Shown: positions 1 through 9,639 of the stretch, one piece after another
Position numbering within the stretch: the stretch's first letter is position 1
Layout of the letters: each line of letters begins with the position of its first letter
NCBI GenBank assembly: GCA_050246315.1
Contig: JBFWWG010000004.1
Span: 64,001 to 128,000 of the forward strand
DNA: 64,000 bases
Source of the DNA: Nitrospiraceae bacterium
GTDB lineage: Bacteria > Nitrospirota > Nitrospiria > Nitrospirales > Nitrospiraceae
Reading direction: 5' to 3'
Position numbers and translations under genes: made by a program
Notes under the pieces: model-generated
What the model saw: only the letters and a program-made list of their open reading frames with translations
Databases searched by the model: none
Told to the model about the DNA's origin: nothing

Positions 1-411
1 GAACAACGTCTCGTAAGGAGGACAATCCAGCGTGATCACATTACTAAAGACCCGGCGGTGCTCAGCTTGCAAATCCTCCAATTTCCAATTGGAACATTCT
101 GCTGCCACCCACCGTTCGACATCGTCGAGGAGTTGACTGATGGTCTGCAACCGTTGGGCGGCCCGCTCTCCACCCGCTCCGGCGAGAGCCTTATCAAGCC
201 CTTGGATCGCTGCACGCCCGTCCTCGACGAATTCCCCGGACTGGAGATAGTCAAGAAATTCATCATCCTCGGGGAACAACAGACCCCACGAGATCAACAA
301 ATAGATTTTGCTCCGATTGAGAGCTCGCTCGACTGCAGGAGAATCCTTCGCTGCTGCTGTGGCGGGAACGACCGCGGCGGAACCGCTGGTGGCACTCTGT
401 TTCCCAGTCAT
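1..411 (-). CDS. TorD/DmsD/NarJ-family molybdoenzyme maturation chaperone (3' end runs off window)
   Basis: Not in ORF track. Manual translation from ATG at 411 (GAGGGGG RBS upstream): MTGKQSATSG...RSKIYLLISWGLLFPEDDEFLDYL...LQAEHRRVFSNVITLDCPPYETLF. E-H/Y-xxxF and PPYE motifs are typical of TorD-like chaperones. Confidence 0.8.
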   Translation of the reverse strand, partial: MTGKQSATSGSAAVVPATAAAKDSPAVERALNRSKIYLLISWGLLFPEDDEFLDYLQSGEFVEDGRAAIQGLDKALAGAGGERAAQRLQTISQLLDDVERWVAAECSNWKLEDLQAEHRRVFSNVITLDCPPYETLF

Positions 412-506
412 TCTTTTTCACCCCCTCGGCTTCACACTCGATGGAAACGTGTTTGAGTCTGTCGATAATCTACATCGAGCGCACAAACCTGTGGCCAGGC
501 TGGCGT

Positions 507-535
507 ATCATAGGTAAAGGTTAAAACTGTGTCAA
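507..535 (-). promoter_or_regulatory. sigma70 promoter for the chaperone gene
   Basis: TTGACA (535-530), 17-nt spacer, TATGAT (512-507) on the minus strand, ~95 nt upstream of ATG 411. Confidence 0.7.
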
Positions 536-683
536 GCAAGAACCATAGGACGCCTCCTCCCTTTCAAAAATTCCTGGCGCCTCCCCGGCACCGTGAAATC
601 CAGCTTGACTTCTTCTGAGTTTTCCTTCTGGTCCATCCGGCCGCTCACGGAGGCCTTCAGGAGTGCCGCCCGGTCCGCCCGCA

Positions 684-1280
684 CTAGGCGGCAGAGACCC
701 GAGGCGGATAGACCTTGATGGCCAACGCATCATTGACAGATTTGCAAATATGCTCGCAGATTCCGCAGCCTACACACCGGTCATCAAGCACCTGCAGTCG
801 CATTGTTCCGAAGTTCATCTCCAATGCATGCATCGGGCATTGCGACACACAGGCATGACAGCCCTGACCGGCCGTACAGACTCGATGGGACACCGTAGCC
901 AGCCCCATCCGGACCTCCGCACGATCGACCACAGGGAGCAGGGCGTCGGTCGCGCAGGATTGGATGCAGGGGGTATCCTCGCAGAGATAGCACGGCACCT
1001 GATCGGGATAGACGACAGGAGTACCGTCTCCGGCATGGAAGCTGATACTGTCGTGGGGGCAGGCTTTGGCGCAATCCTGGCAGCGCGTGCATCGTTCCAC
1101 AAAGAGCGCGTCCTCTACGGCTCCGGGCGGGCGAAGAAAATCCGGCCGAGCCGGGGCGGGGGCCACTACAGGCTGCGGCTTAGCATCGCGCTGCTGCTGA
1201 AACTCGTACGCCGCCCGAGCAATCGAGACGACCGAGTCCTTGAAAAATTGTCGGCGTCCGTATTCGTCTTTGGTGGTCAT
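684..1280 (-). CDS. NapF/NapG/MauM-like 4Fe-4S ferredoxin-type protein
   Basis: LRPPGA motif; Cys clusters CTRCQDCAKACP, CYLCEDTPCIQSC, CHACVSQCP, CVGCGICEHIC; N-terminal GRRQFFK. Confidence 0.85.
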   Translation of the reverse strand: MTTKDEYGRRQFFKDSVVSIARAAYEFQQQRDAKPQPVVAPAPARPDFLRPPGAVEDALFVERCTRCQDCAKACPHDSISFHAGDGTPVVYPDQVPCYLCEDTPCIQSCATDALLPVVDRAEVRMGLATVSHRVCTAGQGCHACVSQCPMHALEMNFGTMRLQVLDDRCVGCGICEHICKSVNDALAIKVYPPRVSAA

Positions 1281-1302
1281 GACGCTTGCCGCGCCCCTTC
1301 GC

Positions 1303-2301
1303 CTACATCACGCCGTCGGCACGAAGCTTGTACACCTCGACGCACCGGTCACAGGCACCGTATTGCACATCCCAGCCGGGATGGTTCTCGCGAATGAAAT
1401 CCAGTACGTAGTTTTCGACTTTCGCATCGAGGTCCTCAACCCACGAATAGGTCGGAAACCGACAGAGCGGACAAGGGAACCCCGGCATGAGCATGACCTT
1501 GTTCTGGGTCTCCGGGACTTCCCCACCTTCCACATCGATCGCTCGATCCATCACCCGAAGCGTATCGGTGGCCATTTCCACGAGTTCGGAATGGTTAAAC
1601 GTATCGGTCTGCCAGAGCCCTTCAAACACCGACTTCAATTGGGGCGGGGGGATCTTTCGATACCAGGACCGGAATTCCTTGAACCGATCCTGCTTGGTCA
1701 GCATCATTTCCTTGCCGGCCCGATCGAGTCGGCTGTCCACATAGAGCGACCAGAGCACCCGGTAGCGCTGGAGGATCAAGGTTTCCTCTCCCGGATTCTG
1801 GCCGACTTTGGTGTCGGGATCGTAACCGAACTCCGGTTCCAGCATGTCCGCAATGTGCATCAGCTCATGACGGCAATACCGTGACAGCGCGGGATCGTAG
1901 AACCGTCTCGGAATCAGCTTGATGCCGACCCCCTTCAATCCCTTTTGCTCAAATTGCTTGGCCAGGTCCTGCTCGACCGCACCCCACTTGCGAAGAATAT
2001 CGACGCCCTCTTCCGCCTCCTTCAACACCCCCTTCACCAGCACGATGCCGACGCGCTCTTTCAGGATCGGGTACTCGTCGAACGCCGAGTTGATGATGTC
2101 GGAAAATCCCCAGGTGCCGAAGAGGTACTGGTAGAGCTTCTTGAATTCCGGTTCCCGGTCTTCCAGCGTGTACTTTTCATATATGGGGTCCGCCAACTCA
2201 TGGAACTCTTTATAATAGGTGGGGTCCCCCTCTCGTTCTGTTTTTTCGATGAAGGAGTCAATGACTTCTTGCAGCAACGCCGGTTGGAATCGGATATCCA
2301 T
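1303..2301 (-). CDS. Hypothetical protein with HExxH motif and C-terminal Cys4 zinc-ribbon-like motif
   Basis: 332-aa ORF with RBS (AGAGGGA); RHELMH, CPLC and CDRC motifs; 22 nt from the ferredoxin gene. Confidence 0.8.
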   Translation of the reverse strand: MDIRFQPALLQEVIDSFIEKTEREGDPTYYKEFHELADPIYEKYTLEDREPEFKKLYQYLFGTWGFSDIINSAFDEYPILKERVGIVLVKGVLKEAEEGVDILRKWGAVEQDLAKQFEQKGLKGVGIKLIPRRFYDPALSRYCRHELMHIADMLEPEFGYDPDTKVGQNPGEETLILQRYRVLWSLYVDSRLDRAGKEMMLTKQDRFKEFRSWYRKIPPPQLKSVFEGLWQTDTFNHSELVEMATDTLRVMDRAIDVEGGEVPETQNKVMLMPGFPCPLCRFPTYSWVEDLDAKVENYVLDFIRENHPGWDVQYGACDRCVEVYKLRADGVM

Positions 2302-2384
2302 TCGTCCCTCTTTCTAGTAGAGCCCACACGCGGCGGGAGAACGACTCATCGCGCGCTGGCTGCGCAGAACCGCTGCTCGCCGGC

Positions 2385-2457
2385 TTGACTTGGCTTTCAA
2401 CCATTCCCTATGATTTGAGCTTCTGCGATTATACCGATCGGTTTTCGTCCAATGCAA
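2385..2457. promoter_or_regulatory. Adjacent opposite-strand sigma70 promoters
   Basis: + strand TTGACT(2385)-18-TATGAT(2409) toward the WD40 gene; - strand TTGCAT(2457)-18-TATAAT(2433-2428) toward the 2301 gene. Confidence 0.5.
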
Positions 2458-2525
2458 ACCGGTCCGGGGTCTGGACGGGCTACCACGCATGTTCCAGACG
2501 ACCAACCGACAACAAGGATGACGGC

Positions 2526-3632
2526 ATGAGCGAGCACACGAGCCACACCCCGACCGTTCCTTCCCCGTCCATGACCACAACGGAGCCGCCGTCCCCGCCA
2601 AAGGAACCGATCAATCTATTGGACTATTGGAAGGCCGGATGCCGAGAAGTCCGCACCTTCCGCGGACATACCCATGGCATCTGGTCCGTCGCCTACTCGC
2701 CGGACGCGCAAACCCTGGCCAGCGGAGGCGTCGACCGCCTCGTCAGAATCTGGGATATCGAAACCGGGCGTCTTCTGCGCTCCCTGCGCGGGCACACACA
2801 GGATATCCGCGTAGCACTGTTCACGCCGGATGGCCAAGCGCTCGCAACCGGGAGCGACGACCGCACCATCCGCCTGTGGAATCCCCAGACCGGCGAACCC
2901 AGGAAGCTGCTTTTCACCCGCTACGATCACAATGTCGTCAGCCTCTCGATTTCTCCCGACGGCCTGATGATGGCTCGCGGCGCCTATAACAAGGACATCA
3001 AGATCTGGGAGGTCACTACGGGCACCGAGTTGATGACCCTCCTCGGGAAGGACCAGTACGACAACCACTGGTCGGTCTGCGTCGCCTTCTCCCCCGACGG
3101 CATCCACATGGCCAGCGGCAACGACATCGGCAAAATCAAATTGTGGGAGGTGTTGCCGAGCGGGGAAGAAAAACTCACGATCGCCGGCCATTGGAAAGAC
3201 GACGAAGAGGATACGACCGAGACTCGTGGGTACTTCGTGATCGACGAGGGGAGCTTCCAGAAGCCGATGGATTACTGGATCGGCGCGTTGATCTTCACGC
3301 CGGACGGAAAATACTTGATCTCCGGCAGCCGCGACACCACCATCAAATTCTTCGAGATGCCCACGCTCCAAGAAGTTCGCATGTTGAAGGGCCATGCGGC
3401 CTGGGTCCGCGCGTTGGCCATCTCGCCGGACGGCCGAATCTTGGTTAGCGCCAGCGACGATAACACGATCAAGATGTGGGATCTCGCCACTGGGCGTCCG
3501 GTACGGACCTTGACCGGTCACACCGGCCCCATCCGCAGTATCGCCTTCTCGCCGGACGGCCGCCGGCTGGCCAGCGGGTCCTGGGACCGTACCGTGAAGT
3601 TGTGGGAGGGTGGGACCGAGACCGAGAGCTGA
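2526..3632 (+). CDS. WD40-repeat beta-propeller protein
   Basis: About 7 GH...WD-type repeats (GHTHGIWSVAYSPD...IWD etc.). Start moved to ATG 2526 (AAGGA upstream); the ORF-track start 2385 overlaps the promoter. Confidence 0.9.
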   Translation: MSEHTSHTPTVPSPSMTTTEPPSPPKEPINLLDYWKAGCREVRTFRGHTHGIWSVAYSPDAQTLASGGVDRLVRIWDIETGRLLRSLRGHTQDIRVALFTPDGQALATGSDDRTIRLWNPQTGEPRKLLFTRYDHNVVSLSISPDGLMMARGAYNKDIKIWEVTTGTELMTLLGKDQYDNHWSVCVAFSPDGIHMASGNDIGKIKLWEVLPSGEEKLTIAGHWKDDEEDTTETRGYFVIDEGSFQKPMDYWIGALIFTPDGKYLISGSRDTTIKFFEMPTLQEVRMLKGHAAWVRALAISPDGRILVSASDDNTIKMWDLATGRPVRTLTGHTGPIRSIAFSPDGRRLASGSWDRTVKLWEGGTETES

Positions 3633-3635
3633 CGA

Positions 3636-5075
3636 TCAGTCTTCCTCCGGTTCCGTCGCACCGACCGCGATCCCATAGCGTTTGCACTTCTCCCAAAGCC
3701 CCTTTCGGGAGAGGCCCAGAATCTTCGCCGCCATCGTCTTGCTGCCTTCGGTCTGAGTCAGCACCGAGAGGATGTATTCGCGCTCGAACCGTTCTCGCGC
3801 CGTCGCTAACGATTCGTTCGCATCTTTCCGCTCGGTCCGCCCGACGAGCCCCTCGCTGCAGAATCCGCAGGTGTCCTGGGGAACCCCGCCAAGGAACGGA
3901 CACGTCGGATAGCCGCATAGGTCCCAGGGCTGAATCTCCTCGCGTTCCCGTCCGAGCGCGACGGCCCGCTCGATCATATTTTCCAACTCGCGCACATTGC
4001 CTGGGAAAGAATACCGCAACAGAAGTTCCTCCGCCGGGGACGACAGACCTTTGATCACCTTCTTGACGTGCTCCGAACGGTTGCTCAGGACATGTTCCGC
4101 CAGCATCAGCACATCTTCCCTCCGCTCTCGCAGCGGCGGCAACATGATCGGCACGACGTTCAGCCGATAATACAGGTCTTCTCGAAACCGTCCCTGCATC
4201 ACTTCCTTTTTCAAGTCCTTCTGGGTCGCACAAATCAACCGCACATCGACCTCGATGGTCTGATTGCCTCCGACCCGCTCAAACTGGCGTTCTTGCAACA
4301 CCCGCAGTAACTTGACCTGGACGACCAGGGAAATCTCTCCGATTTCATCCAGAAACAGCGTGCCCCGGTGGGCCAACTCGAATCGACCCTTCCGCTGGCG
4401 CAAGGCTCCCGTAAACGCACCCTTCTCGTGTCCGAACAACTCGGCTTCCAGCAGCGTTTCAGGAAGGGCCGCGCAACTCACCTTGATGAACGCCTGATCT
4501 TTACGAGGACTGTGATGGTGGATTGCATTGGCGACCAATTCCTTGCCGGTGCCACTCTCGCCGACCACGAGGACCGTGGAATCCGTCCCGGCCACGAGCT
4601 TGACCTTCTCCAACAACGCCCGCATCCGCTCGTTGCGTCCCAGAATGCCCTGAAAGTTGAACTTGCCTTCCAATTGCTGGCGCAACTGCTGATTCTCCCG
4701 TTTCAGGGCTTGGACCTTGGACAGACGTTCCACCACCAACAGCAGCTCGTCCATCTGAAACGGTTTGGTGATATAGTCGTAGGCCCCGGCCTTCATGGCG
4801 TTCACCGCTGTCTCGACCGATCCATGCGCCGTAATCATGATCGCTTCGGTCCGTCGGGTCGGTTCCTTGCAGAGCTGCATCAGGCCGAGACCGTCAATGC
4901 CCGGCAATTGGAGGTCCGTGATGAGGATGTCGAACTGGCCTGTGAGCAACAGGTCTTTGCCCTCATGTCCGGTCGCCGCAGCCTGGACGTCGTAACCGAC
5001 GGCCTTGAGAGCGTCGAGCATCGACAGCCTCATCAGGGGCTCATCGTCAACAAGGAGAATCGAGGTCGGACTCAT
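3636..5075 (-). CDS. sigma54-dependent response regulator (NtrC/AtoC family)
   Basis: REC domain, Walker A GESGTGKE, GAFTGA, FLDEIGE, Fis-type HTH; extra Cys4 linker. Confidence 0.95.
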   Translation of the reverse strand: MSPTSILLVDDEPLMRLSMLDALKAVGYDVQAAATGHEGKDLLLTGQFDILITDLQLPGIDGLGLMQLCKEPTRRTEAIMITAHGSVETAVNAMKAGAYDYITKPFQMDELLLVVERLSKVQALKRENQQLRQQLEGKFNFQGILGRNERMRALLEKVKLVAGTDSTVLVVGESGTGKELVANAIHHHSPRKDQAFIKVSCAALPETLLEAELFGHEKGAFTGALRQRKGRFELAHRGTLFLDEIGEISLVVQVKLLRVLQERQFERVGGNQTIEVDVRLICATQKDLKKEVMQGRFREDLYYRLNVVPIMLPPLRERREDVLMLAEHVLSNRSEHVKKVIKGLSSPAEELLLRYSFPGNVRELENMIERAVALGREREEIQPWDLCGYPTCPFLGGVPQDTCGFCSEGLVGRTERKDANESLATARERFEREYILSVLTQTEGSKTMAAKILGLSRKGLWEKCKRYGIAVGATEPEED

Positions 5076-8000
5076 CGCGCTTTCTCGATGGGATAGGCGT
5101 CACGCACGACAGGCAGACAGAGGGTAAACGTCGAGCCCCGACCAACCTCGCTGTCCACCAACAGCCGGCCGCCGTGGCGCTCGACAATCCCAAGGCTCAC
5201 GGACAATCCCAATCCGGTCCCCTCTCCGGTCGCCTTCGTCGTAAAGAATGGATCAAAAATGCGAGGGAGGATATGCGGTGGAATACCGCAACCCGAATCC
5301 TGGACTTGAACCTGGCAGACGCCTTCGATCACGCGTGTGCTGATCGAGACCTTGCCTCCACCCCGCAGTGCCTGTACGGCATTCAGCACCAGGTTCATGA
5401 GGACTTGTTCGATCATGTGACGATCGATCATTAAGGCCGGCAGGTCCCGACCGAACTGCGTATCGAGTGCAATCTGGTTGGCGACGAAAATATGATTCGT
5501 CAGCACCAGAACCCGATCGACCACGCTGTTGATGTCCGTCGGCGCCAACTCCGGTTCGTGTTGTTGTGAGAAGTCCAACAATTGCCGGACGATCTTCTGG
5601 ACTCGTCGCAGGCCGTCTTCGATCGCGGAAAGATACTCCTCTTGCCGAGCCGGGGGCAGCGTACCCTTGCGGAAGTTGTAGAGGCAATTGAGGATGCCGC
5701 CCAACGGGTTGTTGATCTCATGCGCCACACCCGCCGCCAGCTTGCCGACCGACGCCAGCTTTTCCGAGTTTCTCACGTATTGCTCGAACCGCTTCATATC
5801 CGTCATGTCGCGCGCGATGCCCAACACGCCGGTGACGCGGCCGTCGGAATCACAGAGCGGCGAGACACTGACCATGACCGAGCGCGGCTCCCCGGACTTG
5901 CTGACGACCTCGACCTCATACACTTGCTTCGCGCCGATATCCAAGGTGTTCTTGAGTCGCCGACCGCGGTGCCGCTTGGAGAGCAGCGAGAGATAGGGCC
6001 TCCCGATGAGGTCGCCCTTGCGGTATCCCCAGGACTCGACCTGTCCGTTTACGTAAGTGAAGCGCTGGTCCACGTCCAACGTGTAAATGACGTCGTTCGC
6101 ATTTTCGAGCAGGTTTTCGAGATAGTGTTTGGTCTCCTCGATCTCACGCGTCCGCTCCCCGACCTTCGCTTCCAGCTCATCGCGGTGGCTTTGCAACTCC
6201 TGCTCCAGGCGCTTCCGCTCCGTAATGTCCCGGACCTGAACCATCACGGTGGGGAGTTCTCCGGTTTCCACGCGAATGAGGTCGATTTCGGCGTGTCGCT
6301 CGTCTCCCTCGGAGGTGAGCACCACCATTTCTTGCGTCGGCACACGACGTTGCCCTTGCACCAGCGTCCCGATCATGCACACCAGATCCTCATGATACCG
6401 GACCGGGACAACGTCCAGGATCCGGCGTCCCACCATCTCCTGTTCGCGGTAGCCCAACGCTTGCTCCTCCCGCTTGTTGAGCGCCACCACGATGCCGTTG
6501 TGGTCTACCATGAAGACGGAATCCGCCACGAAATCGAACAGGGCCTTGTACCGCGCTTGCGACGATGACAATTCGTGGGTCCGCTCAGCCACGTCCTGCT
6601 CAAGCTGCAAGGTATAGCGTTGCAGCTTCTGCTCCAGGAGCTTGCGTTCGGACACATCGCGCACGAACGCCCGCGAATAGACGAGGCCGCGGCTTTCGGG
6701 GTCGAACAGCGCGGTCGTGTGAATCTCTACGTCGATGGGCTGCCCCGTCTTCGTGAGGAACACCGTTTCGATGCGACTGTGTCCCTTGGCGAGGAGCTGC
6801 TCCAGGTAGGCGAGAATTTCAGCCTCCCGGCCTTTGGGGACCACCTGCCATAACCGCATCGTCAGCATTTCGTCCAGGCTATAGCCCAGCTTTTCCAGCT
6901 CGGTCTTGTTGACGTGCACGAACTGGCCGGTGCGGTCGAGCTGGTGAATCATTTCCGGGGAGTTTTCGATCAGGTCGCGATAGCGTTCCTGCAGTCCGCG
7001 CATGTCGGACATGGTCTGTTGCAGGCGGCCGAACGAATCCTTCAGATTGGCAGCCATATGGTTGAACGCCAGTGCCAATTCTTCGATCTCATCCCCGGTC
7101 TTGAGCTCGAGGCGATGGTCGAGTTCCCCGCTACCGAGGCGCTGGGCTCCTTCCCTCAGGGTGCGAATCGGCTTCACGATGCGCCGCGCCACAGCGACTC
7201 CCGTCCCCCACAGCACGGCAAATACGACGAGTCCGTACACCGTCACCTTCAGCAGCAGGCGGCTCAACGAGGCATACGTTTCCTCCGGGCTCTGTCGAAC
7301 GAAGGTGATCCACCGCCGCCCACCGAGGCTACCGGGCATCAAGTCCTCACCCAGCCGAACCGGCGCAAACCCCACGATCCCTTGCCGTCCACCGTGCGTG
7401 TCGTTTTCAACTTCCGCCCACCCGCCATGGACCGTTGCCAGGGCAGCCACCACATCTGGCCCAACGCTATGTTCTTCCAATGCCAGCACCGGGCACATCA
7501 GCACGGCACCATCCGTGCCCAACAGCATGGCATGGCCGGTCTGCCCGACCACGACCTCGGAAATGGCATGGAACAGGGCATCGCGGCGCAATAGCACGGT
7601 CACGGCTCCAATCAGCGCCTTGCGCTGATCGTCGATGATCGGCACCGACACACTCAGCACGTGGGTGCCGTAGGAGGGGTCGAAATAGAGGTCGCTGACA
7701 TAGACGCGCCCGCCCTCGTCCTTTCTCAGACCTTGCCACCAGGGCGCTGTGCCATAATCATACTCGACCTGGGGAATGGAACTCACCACCAGCGCGCCGC
7801 GCTCATCCGTGACGAGGATGCCGACGTAATCCGACTTGCGGACGTCGTGCCACCGGATCAGATAGTTGGTCACGATCCGGTTGATGAAGAGCGGGAACTC
7901 GTTGCCTCTGGCCCGGTTCTTCCATCGCTGTTGCCAATCCTTGATGAAAGCGCGAATCTGCTCCTCGCTCTTGCCTTCATAACTGCGATTGGCTTCAGAG

Positions 8001-8251
8001 ACCGCCGTGCGCAGAAACGGCACCACCGCCAACTGCTGCGCCTCGTTGATGCCGCGGGTGACCTGCATTTCGACTCGTTGGGCCGCATCCAAGGCAATTT
8101 CCTTGAAGTTGACCCCGATCACCTCACGCAGGGCTCGGCGTTGTTCGAAATAGGTCAGGACCAGAGAAAGCGAGAGGGGCAACAGGCCGACCATCACAAT
8201 GGCCGTGATAATCCTGCGCTGCAAACTATGCGACCGGCTCCAGACTGCCAT
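5072..8251 (-). CDS. Membrane sensor histidine kinase (Cache-like, HAMP, 3 PAS, HisKA, HATPase)
   Basis: Two TM segments, HAMP (DEIEELALAFNHM), three PAS repeats, AHEINNPL H-box, GTGLGL G-box; 4-nt overlap with the regulator. Confidence 0.95.
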   Translation of the reverse strand: MAVWSRSHSLQRRIITAIVMVGLLPLSLSLVLTYFEQRRALREVIGVNFKEIALDAAQRVEMQVTRGINEAQQLAVVPFLRTAVSEANRSYEGKSEEQIRAFIKDWQQRWKNRARGNEFPLFINRIVTNYLIRWHDVRKSDYVGILVTDERGALVVSSIPQVEYDYGTAPWWQGLRKDEGGRVYVSDLYFDPSYGTHVLSVSVPIIDDQRKALIGAVTVLLRRDALFHAISEVVVGQTGHAMLLGTDGAVLMCPVLALEEHSVGPDVVAALATVHGGWAEVENDTHGGRQGIVGFAPVRLGEDLMPGSLGGRRWITFVRQSPEETYASLSRLLLKVTVYGLVVFAVLWGTGVAVARRIVKPIRTLREGAQRLGSGELDHRLELKTGDEIEELALAFNHMAANLKDSFGRLQQTMSDMRGLQERYRDLIENSPEMIHQLDRTGQFVHVNKTELEKLGYSLDEMLTMRLWQVVPKGREAEILAYLEQLLAKGHSRIETVFLTKTGQPIDVEIHTTALFDPESRGLVYSRAFVRDVSERKLLEQKLQRYTLQLEQDVAERTHELSSSQARYKALFDFVADSVFMVDHNGIVVALNKREEQALGYREQEMVGRRILDVVPVRYHEDLVCMIGTLVQGQRRVPTQEMVVLTSEGDERHAEIDLIRVETGELPTVMVQVRDITERKRLEQELQSHRDELEAKVGERTREIEETKHYLENLLENANDVIYTLDVDQRFTYVNGQVESWGYRKGDLIGRPYLSLLSKRHRGRRLKNTLDIGAKQVYEVEVVSKSGEPRSVMVSVSPLCDSDGRVTGVLGIARDMTDMKRFEQYVRNSEKLASVGKLAAGVAHEINNPLGGILNCLYNFRKGTLPPARQEEYLSAIEDGLRRVQKIVRQLLDFSQQHEPELAPTDINSVVDRVLVLTNHIFVANQIALDTQFGRDLPALMIDRHMIEQVLMNLVLNAVQALRGGGKVSISTRVIEGVCQVQVQDSGCGIPPHILPRIFDPFFTTKATGEGTGLGLSVSLGIVERHGGRLLVDSEVGRGSTFTLCLPVVRDAYPIEKAR

Positions 8252-8632
8252 GACGCGACCCCTTGCTGGACGACCGGCGACCCTCCGCGTATCGTCAGCC
8301 CGGCGCGACGTTAGAGCGTCTCTTTCATGCCGCCTCGTCGCGCTGCATCCGTTGCATGCCGAAGCGCAACGAATACCCGGAAGTCGCCGCGCGCTGGCTC
8401 CATGGCAGGTTCGCTCCGTTGCATGAAGCGACCTGCAACGGGTGTCCCGGTAATGAGTGCCCTCGCGGGGAGTCCCGAGGACAGACGCCCTTCACCAGGT
8501 CCGCGCATGGTGCCTGGGCTCGTTCGAACCGGGACAGGCAACGCCGTGGACGACGGGATCACTCCTCCGGCAGCACGTTGCGGCCGCAGGGGCAAGCCCA
8601 CCGGCCAGCCTACCGTTCAGCAACATTCCAGG

Positions 8633-8662
8633 TTGTCGCAGCAGCGAATCCACGATTGCAGC
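8633..8662 (-). repeat. 30-nt dispersed intergenic repeat, copy 1
   Basis: Minus strand GCTGCAATCGTGGATTCGCTGCTGCGACAA, 28/30 identical to 44684..44713 (+). Confidence 0.75.
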
Positions 8663-8686
8663 CGAAGCGCTCGTGAGTGATGCGCG

Positions 8687-9604
8687 TTAGGTCCGTCTGG
8701 CCAATTGAGTCTCGCCGCCCGGCCAGGCCAGCAACAACGAACTGGCCACAAACACCGATGAATAAGTGCCGATCACGACGCCTCCGAGGAGGGCCAACGA
8801 AAAATCATGGAGGACCTCCCCTCCGGCAAACGTCAGGGGAAGCAAAACCAGGATGACAGTCAGGCTGGTCACGATGGTTCGGCTGAGCACCTGATTCATC
8901 GCTCCGTTGATCACCTGCGGCATCGGTTCACGACGACGTTGACGGAGGTTCTCTCGAATGCGATCGAACACCACCACGGTATCGGTGAGCGAATACCCGG
9001 CCAAGGTCAGTAACGCCGTGATGACGAGTAACGTGATCTCCTTGTCGAGCAGGTAAAAAATTCCCAACACCGCCAAGACATCATGAAACGTGGCGAGAGC
9101 GGCAGCCACCCCGAAGACCCACTGAAATCGAGCGGCGATATACGCGACGATGCCCATAAAGGAGATCAACACGGCGATCATCGCATCCTGCTGCAATTTT
9201 TTCCCGATCGTCGGCCCGATCTCCGTGGTCGATTCCACGACAAACTTGTTATCGGGAAACTCCTTGCTGAACACGGCCATGATGCGCTCCGCGACCTTCT
9301 CTTCGATAGTCGTGGACGCCTTCACGCGGATCAGCAGCTTGTTCTCGGCGACAAACTCCTGCAACTCAGCCTCTCCGAGACCGTTGACCTCCAACGTGCG
9401 ACGCGCCGCCTCGATAGTCATCGCCTTTTCGAATTTTAGCTGCACGGCCGTCCCGCCCGCAAAGTCGATCCCCAGATTGGCCTGTCCCCGGGCGATTTGA
9501 ATCAACGCGATCAACCCAAGAAGCGCCAGGATGCCGGAACATGTAAAGGCGATGCGGCGCTTTCCCATGAAATCTACATTGGTTTTTCCCAGAATCTCAA
9601 ACAT
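8687..9604 (-). CDS. secF: Protein translocase subunit SecF
   Basis: GIDFAGG, FHDV, GYSLTDTVVVFDRIRE, LSRTIVTS; follows secD. Confidence 0.97.
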   Translation of the reverse strand: MFEILGKTNVDFMGKRRIAFTCSGILALLGLIALIQIARGQANLGIDFAGGTAVQLKFEKAMTIEAARRTLEVNGLGEAELQEFVAENKLLIRVKASTTIEEKVAERIMAVFSKEFPDNKFVVESTTEIGPTIGKKLQQDAMIAVLISFMGIVAYIAARFQWVFGVAAALATFHDVLAVLGIFYLLDKEITLLVITALLTLAGYSLTDTVVVFDRIRENLRQRRREPMPQVINGAMNQVLSRTIVTSLTVILVLLPLTFAGGEVLHDFSLALLGGVVIGTYSSVFVASSLLLAWPGGETQLARRT

Positions 9605-9639
9605 GCGACTCCTTTGTCCTTCTCTTGCTGACTCGACGC

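Noticed and set aside
8311..8601. 96-aa ORF between secF and the kinase
   Set aside because: No RBS or recognisable motif; the region looks like structured intergenic DNA.
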